64,000 nucleotides of DNA. Origin: Candidatus Poribacteria bacterium (lineage in GTDB: Bacteria > Poribacteria > WGA-4E > WGA-3G). Below the pieces are notes generated by a model. That model worked only from the letters and a program-made list of their open reading frames with translations, did not search any database and was not told where the DNA came from. The stretch lies in assembly GCA_965242965.1 (NCBI GenBank), contig OZ251518.1, positions 4,544,001 to 4,608,000 of the forward strand, written 5' to 3'. Shown here one piece after another: positions 1-10,235 of this stretch (the first letter of the stretch is position 1; each line of letters opens with the position of its first letter). Position numbers and translations under genes: made by a program.

Positions 1-6
1 TATGAT

Positions 7-792
7 ATGATTATTCAGGGGATGGGCGGCATCATGAGCATCACGGGTGAGCCGCCCTCTCCGGACGAAAAGCGCGCGCCGGTGCGCGTCGGCACGTCTA
101 TCAGTGACATCACCGCCGCGCTCTTCACGACAATCGGAATTCTGTCCGCGTTGCATCACCGGCATCAAACGGGGAAAGGACAGTTCGTGGATGTCGCGAT
201 GCTGGATAGCCTCGTCGCCGTTTTAGAGAACGCTGTTGTCCGCTACTTCGCCACGGGTGAGGTGCCGCAGCCGCTTGGAAGTCGGCACCCCGCGATTACG
301 CCGTTTGAAGCGTTTGCCTCTGCAGATGGACATGTGATTATCGCCATCGGCAACGATACGCTTTGGGAGAAGTTTTGTGAGCATGTCGATAGAAAGGAGC
401 TCATCTCAGATGCGCGGTTCCGCACTAACGCCGACAGGACATCAAACCACAGCGAACTCTTCCCAATCCTCACAGAGATCTTGCGTCAACGGACAACGGA
501 TGCATGGATAGACGCTCTTGAGAAAATCGGTGTGCCTTGCGGGCCAATTAATGCGATGGACAAAGTCGTCACTCATCCGCAGGTGCAAGCGCGGGAGATG
601 ATTACACAGGTGGTGCATCAGATTACGGGGACAGTTGCGGTGCCGGGTGTGCCGATAAAACTCTCGGAAACCCCCGGTAGTGTGGACGCGCCTGCGCCGA
701 GCCTTGGGGAACATACCACCGCAGTCTTGACAGAATTGTTAGGCATGCGCCTTGACGAAGTGGAAAGGTTAAGGCAGGAAGGAGTTGTTTAA
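7..792 (+). CDS. CaiB/BaiF family (class III) CoA-transferase, 5'-truncated by window edge
   Basis: Family-typical motifs GGIMSITGEP, D..AALF...GIL.AL..R..TGKGQ.VDVAMLD and C-terminal APSLGEHT; ORF is open at the window start. Confidence 0.9.
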   Translation: MIIQGMGGIMSITGEPPSPDEKRAPVRVGTSISDITAALFTTIGILSALHHRHQTGKGQFVDVAMLDSLVAVLENAVVRYFATGEVPQPLGSRHPAITPFEAFASADGHVIIAIGNDTLWEKFCEHVDRKELISDARFRTNADRTSNHSELFPILTEILRQRTTDAWIDALEKIGVPCGPINAMDKVVTHPQVQAREMITQVVHQITGTVAVPGVPIKLSETPGSVDAPAPSLGEHTTAVLTELLGMRLDEVERLRQEGVV

Positions 793-3018
793 ATGAACAC
801 ATTACCCGGAACGGCTCCCTTAACGATGGAGGGAGACTTAGCCGCGCAGATGGTGGAGGCACTCAACGTCTACGTGACACAAGCGAACGCGGCTGCCCCT
901 GAAAAGCGCGAAACCTTGTGGCATCGAGATGAAAGTTCCCACGGCGCGTATGCCGAATCCGTTGAACCAAATCGGCAACGGTTCAGAAAACAGATTGGCT
1001 GTGTTGACGCGCGACTGCCGATTGACGCACTCACCTACATTGCGACGACGAAGAACGCCGTGCCTCTCCTAAAAACGGAGACTTACGTCGTTTCTCGCGT
1101 CCGCTGGCCCGTTTTTGACGGAGTTGAAGGCGAAGGGCTCCTCTTGGAACCTGTCGGCGAACCTGTCGCGCAAGTCATCGCCTTGCCGGATGCAGACTGG
1201 ACACCGGAAATGATAGCCGGCATTACCGACGAACTCCCGCCGCAAGCGCAATTCGCGCGGCGTTTGGCGGAATCCGGGTGCCGCGTTGTCGTGCCGGTAT
1301 TGATTAACCGCGACGATACCTATTCCGGCAATCCTGCAATCGACGCGATGACAAACCAACCGCATCGGGAATTTATCTATCGGATGGCGTTTGAACTCGG
1401 CAGACATATCATCGGATATGAGGTGCAGAAGGTGCTGGCGTTGGTAGACTGGATGTCGGCTGAGGAAGCACCCATCGGCGTTATCGGCTACGGCGAAGGT
1501 GGGCTCATCGCGTTTTATAGCGCGGCGGTGGATACGCGCATTCAGTCCACGGTTGTCAGCGGCTATTTCCAATCGCGGCAGGAAGTCTGGCGCGAACCGA
1601 TTTATCGGAACGTCTGGGGCCTCCTGCACGAATTCGGCGATGCTGAAATTGCGAGTCTCATTGCACCGCGCAAGTTTATCGTTGAGGCGAGCCGAGGGCC
1701 TGAAATCGCCGGTCCGCCGCCAGCACGCTCGGGCCGGAGTGGCGCAGCACCGGGACGATTAGTGTCGCCACCACAAGATTCGGTAGAATCGGAATTTCAG
1801 CGCGCGCATCCGTTTTATCAACGTCTTGGTTGTGAAGATGCGCTGCGTCTCATCATTCCTGAAGATGGATTACCGGGTGCCGATGAGACGTTAAGCGTGT
1901 TCCTCAATGGTTTCGGTGCGCGCTTAGAAAGTGCGCCTACCGTGCTGGAGAAAAGCGCGTCTACCGAACCCTTTGATGATGCGGCGCGCCAGCATCGGCA
2001 ATTTATGCAGCTCGTCAATGTGACGCAACGCTTCTTGCGGGAGGCGGCATCGCGGCGGAAAGCGTTCTTCTGGGATAAAACCGATACCTCTTCGCTTGCC
2101 AAGTGGGGGGAAAGTTGCGCCGATGCCAAGACGTATTTATGGGACGAGGTTATCGGACGGTGCCCGGAACCCGATGTCCCTATCAATCCGAGGACGCGCC
2201 TTCTCTACGACGAACCGCGTTGGCGCGGCTATGAAGTGGTGCTTGATGTGTGGGAGAACGTTTTCGCTTACGGCATCTTGCTCCTCCCGAAGGGGATTCC
2301 TGAAGGCACGCAGCGTCCCGTTGTCGTCTGCCAACACGGATTAGAGGGGAGGCCGCAGGATACCGCCGACCCGAGGGTAGACTCTGTCTATCACTCTTAC
2401 GCGGCGCAGTTGGCGGACAGAGGGTTTGTTGTCTACGCGCCACAGAATCCGTATATCGGGCAGGATGCGTTCCGCGTCATCCAACGCAAGGCGAACCCGC
2501 TAAAACTGTCGCTGTTTTCATTCATTGTTCGGCAACATGAACGGACGCTGGAGTGGCTGACAGCGCAACCGTTCGTCAGGACTCATCGCGTTGGATTTTA
2601 TGGGCTCTCCTACGGCGGTAAAACGGCGATGCGCGTGCCGGCGTTGCTCAAGGGTTACACCTGTTCGATCTGCTCCGCGGATTTCAACGAGTGGATTGTC
2701 AAAAACGCCACTTACGACTCGCGCTATAGTTACATGTTCACCGGCGAATACGAGATGCCAGAGTTCGACCTGGGTAATACGTTCAACTATGGCGAGATGG
2801 CTGCGCTCATCTCGCCGCGGCCGTTCATGGTAGAACGCGGCCACGACGATGGTGTTGCTCCCGATGAATGGGTGGCGCACGAATACGCAGTCGTGCGGCG
2901 GCTTTACGTTCAACTCGGCATCGGTGATTGGACAGAAATTGAGTTTTTTGACGGTGGGCATCAGATTAACGGCGAAGGCACGTTCCAATTCCTGCATCGG
3001 GCCCTGAATTGGCCGTAG
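793..3018 (+). CDS. Double alpha/beta-hydrolase (dienelactone hydrolase/acetylxylan esterase-like) protein
   Basis: Two hydrolase-like halves: GYGEGG (degenerate nucleophile elbow) and GLSYGG, with a C-terminal GGH. Confidence 0.7.
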   Translation: MNTLPGTAPLTMEGDLAAQMVEALNVYVTQANAAAPEKRETLWHRDESSHGAYAESVEPNRQRFRKQIGCVDARLPIDALTYIATTKNAVPLLKTETYVVSRVRWPVFDGVEGEGLLLEPVGEPVAQVIALPDADWTPEMIAGITDELPPQAQFARRLAESGCRVVVPVLINRDDTYSGNPAIDAMTNQPHREFIYRMAFELGRHIIGYEVQKVLALVDWMSAEEAPIGVIGYGEGGLIAFYSAAVDTRIQSTVVSGYFQSRQEVWREPIYRNVWGLLHEFGDAEIASLIAPRKFIVEASRGPEIAGPPPARSGRSGAAPGRLVSPPQDSVESEFQRAHPFYQRLGCEDALRLIIPEDGLPGADETLSVFLNGFGARLESAPTVLEKSASTEPFDDAARQHRQFMQLVNVTQRFLREAASRRKAFFWDKTDTSSLAKWGESCADAKTYLWDEVIGRCPEPDVPINPRTRLLYDEPRWRGYEVVLDVWENVFAYGILLLPKGIPEGTQRPVVVCQHGLEGRPQDTADPRVDSVYHSYAAQLADRGFVVYAPQNPYIGQDAFRVIQRKANPLKLSLFSFIVRQHERTLEWLTAQPFVRTHRVGFYGLSYGGKTAMRVPALLKGYTCSICSADFNEWIVKNATYDSRYSYMFTGEYEMPEFDLGNTFNYGEMAALISPRPFMVERGHDDGVAPDEWVAHEYAVVRRLYVQLGIGDWTEIEFFDGGHQINGEGTFQFLHRALNWP

Positions 3019-3025
3019 GAGAAAA

Positions 3026-4090
3026 ATGCTTTACTCCATCATTGTCCCCGCGGGGCTCGAAAATATCGCGCGCGAAGAACTCGCGGAACGTTTCGGCAAC
3101 AAGGGTAACCTAAAAATGCTCGCGCCGAAACCGCAGCGCGTCCTATTCCACTATGCCGGTAACCCGCGCGAACTCCTCTCATTGCGGACAGCGGAGCATC
3201 TGTTCCTCGTCGTTAAGAAACTGCCGAAGATGAGCCGCTCGCGCGGCTCTTTGGCGGCACTGAGCGGCTCACTAGCACGCTTTAATTTCAGCGAAACGTT
3301 CAACTGCTGCCGACAGATGGGGCTCAAACTTCGCAAGCGCGTGACATTCCGGGTAACGAGTCGCCTGTCAGGGCACCGCAACTTCCGTAGACTCGATCTT
3401 CAGCGAGTCGTCGAAAGGGCGTTGCAGACGCACGGATGGCACTTGACAGCACCGAACCCCGCACTGGATGTCTGGGCAGAAGTGCACGGCGACGATGGGT
3501 ATATCAGCGTCCGACTCTCACCGATTGAAATGGCGCAGCGCGCCTATAAACGGGTGCATATTCCCGCCTCCCTCAAACCGCCGCTCGCCTACAGTATGGT
3601 GCGGCTTTCACAACCGCGTCCGAACGACGTGTTTCTGGACGCGATGTGCGGTGCAGGCACAATTTTGCTGGAACGCGCATTTGCCGGCCGCTACCGCTAT
3701 CTCATCGGCGGCGATATCTCCACAGAAGCGTTGGATGCCACCGTGACAAACTTCGGCAGGCAGCATCAACCGCGCCAATTTTTCCATTGGGATGCCAGCG
3801 CGCTGCCGCTCCAACCGAAAACCGTTGATAAAATCGTCTCTAACCTGCCGTTCGGTGAGACACACGGAGAAGCATCACGCCTGACGAAGTTGTATCGGGA
3901 ATGCCTCCGCCAGTTTGAGACAGTGCTGAAACCGCGAGGCCGAATGGTGTTGCTCACCTCGCAACGGAGACTTCTAGACGAACTCCTCAAACAGCGGCGG
4001 AAACTCAAGGTTACGCAACGGTTGTCGGTGGACGTGCGCGGCATGCGCGCGTGGATTTATGTTATCGTATTGATTAAGGGGGTTTCATGA
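3026..4090 (+). CDS. THUMP-domain class I SAM-dependent RNA methyltransferase (UPF0020-like)
   Basis: LDAMCGAGTI SAM-binding motif, SNLPFG motif IV, N-terminal THUMP-like region. Confidence 0.85.
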   Translation: MLYSIIVPAGLENIAREELAERFGNKGNLKMLAPKPQRVLFHYAGNPRELLSLRTAEHLFLVVKKLPKMSRSRGSLAALSGSLARFNFSETFNCCRQMGLKLRKRVTFRVTSRLSGHRNFRRLDLQRVVERALQTHGWHLTAPNPALDVWAEVHGDDGYISVRLSPIEMAQRAYKRVHIPASLKPPLAYSMVRLSQPRPNDVFLDAMCGAGTILLERAFAGRYRYLIGGDISTEALDATVTNFGRQHQPRQFFHWDASALPLQPKTVDKIVSNLPFGETHGEASRLTKLYRECLRQFETVLKPRGRMVLLTSQRRLLDELLKQRRKLKVTQRLSVDVRGMRAWIYVIVLIKGVS

Positions 4091-4156
4091 CTCGTTGAGG
4101 TGAGTTGCCATTCGCGCTTAGAACCCGTTTTAACGCTGCAACGGCATGAATCTGCC

Positions 4157-4702
4157 CGTAGGAGAGACCTCCCGGTCTCGATGTGGCGCGTATCGGGACA
4201 AGGATGTCCCTCCTACCGGAAGGCATCGGGCCCACATCTGTAGTTCGGGAGCACCTGCTCCCGAACGGGTCAGGATCAGGCGATCCTGACCTACAGAGGT
4301 GATGCGGTCTGCCAGCCAAACGCATGGCGAGGGACAGGCCCTCGCGCTACGGTTACGGACGGTTTTTCGACACGTATGAAATTCGCGAGGGACAGGCCCC
4401 CGCGCTACGGTGTCCGAGGGGTTCGCGAGGGACAGGCCCTCGCGCTACGGTTGCGGCCGTTTTTGATACGTATAAAGTTCGCGAGGGACAGGCCCTCGCG
4501 CTACGGTTACAGCCGGTTTTTCGACACGTATGGAATTCGCGGGGGACAGGCCCCCGCGCTACGGTGCCCGAGGGGTTCGCGGGGGACAGGCCCCCGTGCT
4601 ACGGTACCCGAGGGGTTCGCGAGGGACAGGCCCTCGCGCTACGGTTACGGCCGGTTTTCGACCTGCATGAAAGTTCGCGGGGGACAGGCCCCCGCGCTAC
4701 GG
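4157..4702. repeat. Cluster and tandem array of GTAG-type REP-like palindromes (BIME-like)
   Basis: About 8 copies of GCG(A/G)GGGACAGGCCC(T/C)CGCGCTAC separated by two recurring linker types, plus other GTAG palindromes; lies between convergent genes. Confidence 0.9.
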
Positions 4703-4716
4703 ACGAAAAAGGCGTA

Positions 4717-5802
4717 TTATATCTCCGGCACGCGCACTGCTACCTCTTTCCCGGCTTCGTGCGAACGGAAAATGCCATCCATAATCACGTTCGTGAGCAG
4801 CACTCCCTCCGGCGGAATTGGCGAGGACCCGTCCATCTTGACTGCCTCACGGAAGGCAGACATCTGTGCTTCCCACACATCTACCTCTGGGAAACCGGAG
4901 AAACGGATAGTCGTCATGCCTTCCGGTGGGTTCGGTTCCGCCGTGAGTCCTTCCGCCTCAGCCAACTTCTTGAGCTCATCGGTATACGCATCGGCATAGA
5001 CAACGGGGCCATCCAACGAAATTCCCGCTTCCTTGCCGAGGCAGAAGTTGCCGCCAAGCGAGTCGTTGTGAATCGCCCACGAGATCTTGAATACCATCAC
5101 GCCGCCGTTTTCAAACCGCACCCACGCCGCTCCGAATTCCTCAACATCCATCACGCCGCGCCACCTCGGGTCTTGCTGCGAAATGTGGTTTTCCGTGATG
5201 GCGGAGACGCGCACCGGCTTCGGATACCCCATCGCATACAGCGAGTTGTGCATGTTGTAAACGCCGATGTCCACCGTCGCGCCCGCGCCCGCTGTCTTCT
5301 TATAGATGAAGGTGTGTCCCGGATTGCCGCGCCGCCTGCATCCCGCAGATTCAGAATAGTAGATATCGCCGAGTAACCCGGCATCGACTACCTTCTTCGC
5401 GAATTGGAGGCGCGGGCTAAACGTGCTGTGAATGCCGATCTGCAAGATTTTGCCGGAGGCTTTCGCTGCGCGCACCATTGCAGTGGCATCCGCCAACTTC
5501 GCCGCCATCGGTTTCTCGCAGAACACATGCTTGCCCGCGTTCAACGCCGCCACCGTCGGCCGGCGATGTCCCTGATTATACGTGCAAACGCTCACCGTAT
5601 CAATGCCGTCCATCTCCAGCATCTTGTTGTAGCTGGTGAAGACGTGCTTTTTTGGAACGCCCCATTCCTCGGCGGCTTGCTGCGCCTTACTCTTGACAAT
5701 ATCACACACTGCGACGATTTCAAAACCGCCGGCTTTTTCGTAGGCTCTCTGGTGCGCACGTGAAATGCCACCCGTGCCAACGATACCTACTCGGATAGTC
5801 AT
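4717..5802 (-). CDS. Gfo/Idh/MocA family oxidoreductase
   Basis: VGIVGTGGIS Rossmann motif, HVFCEKP, DIGVY. Start reassigned to MTIRVG (5802) behind an AAAGGAG RBS; the longer ORF runs through repeats. Confidence 0.9.
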   Translation of the reverse strand: MTIRVGIVGTGGISRAHQRAYEKAGGFEIVAVCDIVKSKAQQAAEEWGVPKKHVFTSYNKMLEMDGIDTVSVCTYNQGHRRPTVAALNAGKHVFCEKPMAAKLADATAMVRAAKASGKILQIGIHSTFSPRLQFAKKVVDAGLLGDIYYSESAGCRRRGNPGHTFIYKKTAGAGATVDIGVYNMHNSLYAMGYPKPVRVSAITENHISQQDPRWRGVMDVEEFGAAWVRFENGGVMVFKISWAIHNDSLGGNFCLGKEAGISLDGPVVYADAYTDELKKLAEAEGLTAEPNPPEGMTTIRFSGFPEVDVWEAQMSAFREAVKMDGSSPIPPEGVLLTNVIMDGIFRSHEAGKEVAVRVPEI

Positions 5803-5844
5803 GGTGTCATCTCCTTTTTTCATTGATGCAAAATCTTCTTGTCT

Positions 5845-6130
5845 TCCCGTAGGAGGGACATCCTTGTCCCGATTTCCCGTAGGAGGGACATCCTTGTCCC
5901 GATGATGAATTCCCGTAGGAGGATTTTCCTTTGTTCGAGACCAGGAGGTCTCTCCTACGGTTGTTGCCTTGATACACCGTAGCGCGGGGGCCTGTCCCCC
6001 GCGATCGCTCGACCCGCGCGAAAAACGCACGCAGACTAAGGCCGTTTTCCGTTCCGAGCGGGTTTCCCCCGCGATCACCGAAGGGCTCTCCTACTGAGGA
6101 TAATCGAGACCAGGAGGTCTCTCCTACTGC
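5845..6130. repeat. REP-like palindrome cluster
   Basis: Two tandem GTAGGAGGGACATCCTTGTCCCG, two CGAGACCAGGAGGTCTCTCCTAC, one GTAGCGCGGGGGCCTGTCCCCCGC. Confidence 0.85.
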
Positions 6131-6235
6131 AGATAACTGAATACACATTTTAAACGCGATTCGGTTTGCAATGCAAGCGAAAAATGTGATATACTGATTA
6201 TAGAAACGCAGTCCAAAAGTAAATAGGAGGAAAAC

Positions 6236-6880
6236 ATGGATACGCAAACCGGTTTCACGCGCGGGATTAACACCCGGTGGGTTAGTAATCCAGAAGGCTT
6301 CGTCTTCGGCGAACGTTATCGCGAGTTGCAAAAGGCGTGTGAAAAATGTTGTGGGTGGCATCTGTTATTGCCGCTCGGCACTGCTGAGAAATACTACCTG
6401 CGCGGCATCAGCATTCCGAATGCGGATGCATCGTGCGATGCGGCGCAGACGGTGATAAACCTCGCGAAGTTACTCGTCGATTCGTTAAATGACGATGCCC
6501 TGAAACGGTTAATTCCGCGCCAAAAGCGCGAGGAACTCAACGGGCTTTGGGGCATTGCGCTGCTTGAATTTGCCCTGTCTTTCAATGCGATTCAGGGGGC
6601 AGATGTTCATATCGCGTTTCTGCGGAAACTTCAGTGCCTCCGCGCCGATGGGAACGTGTGCAAATATCCGCTGGTAGAAATTATTGACGGTGCCACGGAT
6701 GTTCTGGATTACTTCATCGCGCTTTTAGAGAATGGCCGCATTGAGGCGATTGTCAAGCGAAATGCTAGAGATACCGTGAACGCGCTCTTTGCGGAAATTC
6801 GGGCAGGCTATACCGCGGGTAAACCCGATGCTTCTGTCAATCATGACGAAGTGATTTATGAGTTGAAGGCGAAACCATGA
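6236..6880 (+). CDS. Hypothetical protein, probable antitoxin partner of the downstream PIN toxin (HEPN-like region plus VapB-like tail)
   Basis: AGGAGG RBS, ATGA overlap with the PIN gene; C-terminal G.PD.S.NHD..IY resembles VapB-type tails. Confidence 0.5.
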   Translation: MDTQTGFTRGINTRWVSNPEGFVFGERYRELQKACEKCCGWHLLLPLGTAEKYYLRGISIPNADASCDAAQTVINLAKLLVDSLNDDALKRLIPRQKREELNGLWGIALLEFALSFNAIQGADVHIAFLRKLQCLRADGNVCKYPLVEIIDGATDVLDYFIALLENGRIEAIVKRNARDTVNALFAEIRAGYTAGKPDASVNHDEVIYELKAKP

Positions 6881-7293
6881 TTTTTGTTGATTCTGGGGCA
6901 TGGATTGCGGTGCTGAATCCGAAAGACCGGCACCATGAAGAGGCGAACGCAACTTTCGCCGGCTTGCATCGGAACATTACACTCGTAACGACCGATTATG
7001 TGATTGACGAAACCGCGACTCGTCTCCGATATGACACCAACCACGCGCTTGCTGTCAAGTTCTTGGATGCTATTGAAGAGTTTGAGATGTCCGGGGATTT
7101 AACGGTTATAGCAATCACTGCCGAAGTGTTTCAGGAAGCAAAAGCCCTTTTCCGGCAACGCAATTCTCCGCGGCTCCGGCTCTCATTTACGGATTGCACC
7201 AGTTTTGTGGTGTGCTGGTCGGATGTCCGCATCACGAAGGCTTTTGCTTTTGACGAGGACTTCCCGAAGATGGGGATTCCTTTGCAGCGGTGA
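6877..7293 (+). CDS. PIN-domain (VapC-family) ribonuclease toxin
   Basis: MIFVDSGAWIA, TTDYVIDET, SFTDCTSF and AFAFDEDF carry the PIN acidic residues. Confidence 0.9.
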   Translation: MIFVDSGAWIAVLNPKDRHHEEANATFAGLHRNITLVTTDYVIDETATRLRYDTNHALAVKFLDAIEEFEMSGDLTVIAITAEVFQEAKALFRQRNSPRLRLSFTDCTSFVVCWSDVRITKAFAFDEDFPKMGIPLQR

Positions 7294-7367
7294 GGAGAGT
7301 GCAAATAGGATTTCTGCATCTCTGCACTGTAAAGAGGGGAGGCTCTTCACATCCCCGATCGTTCGTG

Positions 7368-8558
7368 TTAAATTTCTCGGCCGTCGTCTGGGACAATCAC
7401 GCTTTTTTCTAGTTTCTCAACATACTCTTGGTTAATGATACCTTCGCCGGCCTGGAGAAACAGATTATCGTGAAAAGCAGCATTGAGCACGTTGCCGCAT
7501 TGTTTGTGGATGTTGCCAGTGGTGCGTAACTCTAAACCCTCCAGAAGCACGCGCAGTGCCTCTTCCTCGAAGGGATAAGTTTGCGGAAGTGTCTCCAATC
7601 GCGGCGTTTGGAGACGGTACTTGCGATGGTTGAGGCGTTCTGTAACATAGTGAATCGCTTCATCAACCGTCAACCCTTGGAAATAGACGACATCGGTAAT
7701 ACGCTCTGGCAAGCCGCGCCCTAAAACGAGCGTAATAACGTTGCGGTACACTCTAGAGCAGACGAGATCTGTCCGCAGAAACACCGTGAAGAAATGCGGA
7801 AGCCGATCGATTAGGTCCCGGATTCCTTGTGTTAGTTCGCGAAACGGTACCCGATCTACACAGAGCAGATTCTCCAGTTCGTCAATCCAGAGGCAAACAC
7901 GCGCGTGCCGGTGAATGTCAAGGCTCGGGTCTAAACCGATAAGGCACTGTATCACCCCCGCCAGCACTCGGAACCGATCTTGCCTTTTGATGTTCCGGGC
8001 GATGCCGAGTTCCCGCAATTCGGTGCGGGAACTACCCTCTAGGAAATAGTTACGCAATAAAGTTGGCTTCGCGTCTGATTCCTCTGTCCCCAGTAACCAA
8101 AAAGCACGCGCGAGTTCTTCACCGCCAAGCACTTTGTGAAGAGTTGCCCACGCTTCTGCCTTGGGTAACTCACCGATGGCATCGCGGACAATTTCCCGAA
8201 CGCGCGTCATGCCGAGCGTATCAAGGAAATCCGTGTAAAAATCATTGACAGCGTCCTCAATCTGCATCGGAACGCGCAGATGGATGGCACGAAACCGTTC
8301 GCCCTCGCTAAAAAATGGCGGTAAGGCACCTTGATACTTAAAGCGGGACGAGGCATAAGCCTGCCCCTCAGCACGGGGCGCACGGAAAAGAACAACCTGC
8401 GGATGAGAGGACAAGGTTGCTTCCCGCAAGATTTTGGAAAACTGCCGATCCAATTTCTCCATGCCTTCACAGGTGACGTGTTTGGCACCCGGTAGCACGG
8501 TAAAGTCAAAGGGGTTCGCTTTTAGAAAAGCCAAACTCCAGTCCCATTTCTGAAACAT
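7368..8558 (-). CDS. AAA+/P-loop NTPase-like protein with degenerate Walker A
   Basis: N-terminal NPF, Walker B-like VCLWIDELE, C-terminal YPFEEEA; the Walker A position reads RAPRAEGQA. Start at MFQKW with an AGGAG RBS. Confidence 0.55.
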   Translation of the reverse strand: MFQKWDWSLAFLKANPFDFTVLPGAKHVTCEGMEKLDRQFSKILREATLSSHPQVVLFRAPRAEGQAYASSRFKYQGALPPFFSEGERFRAIHLRVPMQIEDAVNDFYTDFLDTLGMTRVREIVRDAIGELPKAEAWATLHKVLGGEELARAFWLLGTEESDAKPTLLRNYFLEGSSRTELRELGIARNIKRQDRFRVLAGVIQCLIGLDPSLDIHRHARVCLWIDELENLLCVDRVPFRELTQGIRDLIDRLPHFFTVFLRTDLVCSRVYRNVITLVLGRGLPERITDVVYFQGLTVDEAIHYVTERLNHRKYRLQTPRLETLPQTYPFEEEALRVLLEGLELRTTGNIHKQCGNVLNAAFHDNLFLQAGEGIINQEYVEKLEKSVIVPDDGREI

Positions 8559-8640
8559 TGTCAATCTCCTTTTTTGCTTGCAATGAGTGCGGCAATGAGG
8601 AGCATGTCTCCGCAACTGCCGCCGATTTATCGTTTTCAAC

Positions 8641-8730
8641 TTTATATATATTAACACATCTGATTAGCGGATGTCAACTGAATTCCGAAAATTTTAAAAT
8701 TTGGCATTTTTCGCGAAATATGCTATTATA
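8641..8730. promoter_or_regulatory. Divergent sigma70-like promoters for dndC (+) and the ATPase-like gene (-)
   Basis: TTGGCA-17bp-TATTAT at 8701-8729 (+); TTGACA at about 8672-8677 (-) followed by an AT-rich -10 region. Confidence 0.5.
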
Positions 8731-8828
8731 TACTTAGAATCCGAAATCACAGTCTTTTGAAACAAATTTTCTGCTCAAGTCGTTATATCTAATTTAGGGG
8801 ACTTTCCTTAGAAAGGGACATTTAACTC

Positions 8829-10235
8829 ATGGGAACCGAGACATCCTACAGCATCTTCAATACGCGCACGCTTGCCCAGGTCTATCGCGAAATTCAAGAG
8901 GTCTATCTTGAAAACGCGCGCCCCTGGGTCATCGGGTACAGCGGTGGAAAAGACTCAACGACAGCACTCCAACTCGTTTGGTATGCTCTCGCGGAACTGC
9001 CGGCCGAAGAACGGAAGTATCCGGTTTACGTGATTTCATCCGACACCCTCGTTGAAACGCCGGTGATCGTTAGTTATATCACCGGCACGCTGGCGCGAAT
9101 CGAAGCGCATGCGAGCGAACAACAGATGCCCTTTCACACCGAACTCGTTCGGCCGAAGACGGAGGATACCTTCTGGGTTAACCTCATCGGGAAGGGCTAC
9201 CCGGCACCCTACTCACGCTTCCGATGGTGCACCGACCGGCTCAAAATACAGCCGGCGAATCGGTTCATCATAGAAAAAGCCTCGGAATACGGCGAGGTTA
9301 TCCTCGTGCTCGGTTCACGGAAAGGGGAGAGTGCCACCCGCGATCAGGTGTTGAGTCTGCATCGTCTCAAAGATTCGTTGCTGTCACGGCATACCACACT
9401 GCCGAACGCTTACGTCTATACGCCCATCGTCGATTTCGGGTTGAACGATGTTTGGATGTATCTGCTCAGCAATCCGCCGCCGTGGGGAGGGGATAACAAG
9501 CAGCTCGTCACGCTTTATCGAAACGCCAACGCGCAAGGCGAATGCCCACTCGTCGTTGACGAGACTACGCCTTCCTGCGGAAATAGCCGATTCGGATGTT
9601 GGACCTGCACGGTTGTCTCCAAAGACCGGTCCATGGAAGGCCTCATTGACAACGGCGAAGAGTGGATGTTGCCGCTGCTAGAATTTCGAGACTTCCTCGC
9701 CGAAACACAAGACCCCGAGCGGAAGGCGGATATTCGGGAACATAGACGGCGGAATGGGAAAATCACGTTCGTGGGAGAGAAACTGATTCGCGGCCCCTAT
9801 ACGCTGGAATTCTGCAAGAAGTTGTTGAGGCGACTCCTTAAAACCCAGCAGCAGGTCCGCGAAGAGGGGCCAGACCAGAACCTCCAACTCATCACGGATG
9901 CTGAATTGGAAGAGATTCGCAACATCTGGCGAACCGAACGTTCGGATTGGGAAGATGCGGTGCCGCAGATTTACAAAGAAGTTGTCGGTGAGCGCGAGTG
10001 GATTGTTGACGATACAACATCCTTCACCGCGGCGGATAAGCAACTCCTGGCCGCAGTCTGCGATGAAACCGGCGTTCCCGTTGAACTCGTCGCGAAATTA
10101 TTGGATACCGAGCAGCAGATGGATGGCATGCTGCGGCGTGCGGGGATTCATTCCCGCATTGATGCAATTTTTCATGAAGACTGGCACTCGGAAGCTGAGG
10201 CACGCGCCGAATTAGACGCGCGTGATGGACAATGA
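8829..10235 (+). CDS. dndC: DNA phosphorothioation sulfurtransferase DndC
   Basis: PWVIGYSGGKDS PP-loop, SDTLVE, FRWCTDRLKI, GECP, SCGNSRFGCWTC. Confidence 0.95.
   Translation: MGTETSYSIFNTRTLAQVYREIQEVYLENARPWVIGYSGGKDSTTALQLVWYALAELPAEERKYPVYVISSDTLVETPVIVSYITGTLARIEAHASEQQMPFHTELVRPKTEDTFWVNLIGKGYPAPYSRFRWCTDRLKIQPANRFIIEKASEYGEVILVLGSRKGESATRDQVLSLHRLKDSLLSRHTTLPNAYVYTPIVDFGLNDVWMYLLSNPPPWGGDNKQLVTLYRNANAQGECPLVVDETTPSCGNSRFGCWTCTVVSKDRSMEGLIDNGEEWMLPLLEFRDFLAETQDPERKADIREHRRRNGKITFVGEKLIRGPYTLEFCKKLLRRLLKTQQQVREEGPDQNLQLITDAELEEIRNIWRTERSDWEDAVPQIYKEVVGEREWIVDDTTSFTAADKQLLAAVCDETGVPVELVAKLLDTEQQMDGMLRRAGIHSRIDAIFHEDWHSEAEARAELDARDGQ

Noticed and set aside
4325-4702. CRISPR-like array of ~25-bp palindromic repeats
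   Set aside because: Spacers are two recurring sequences rather than unique, the repeat is dispersed across the window, and no cas genes are present.
4324-5376. ORFs of 350 and 207 aa on the + strand
   Set aside because: Translations of REP repeats plus the antisense of the oxidoreductase.
5803-6078. N-terminal extensions in the ORF track (also 43359-43562, 45766-45954, 49397-49573, 59104-59358)
   Set aside because: They run through repeats; downstream starts match family N-termini and mostly have an RBS.
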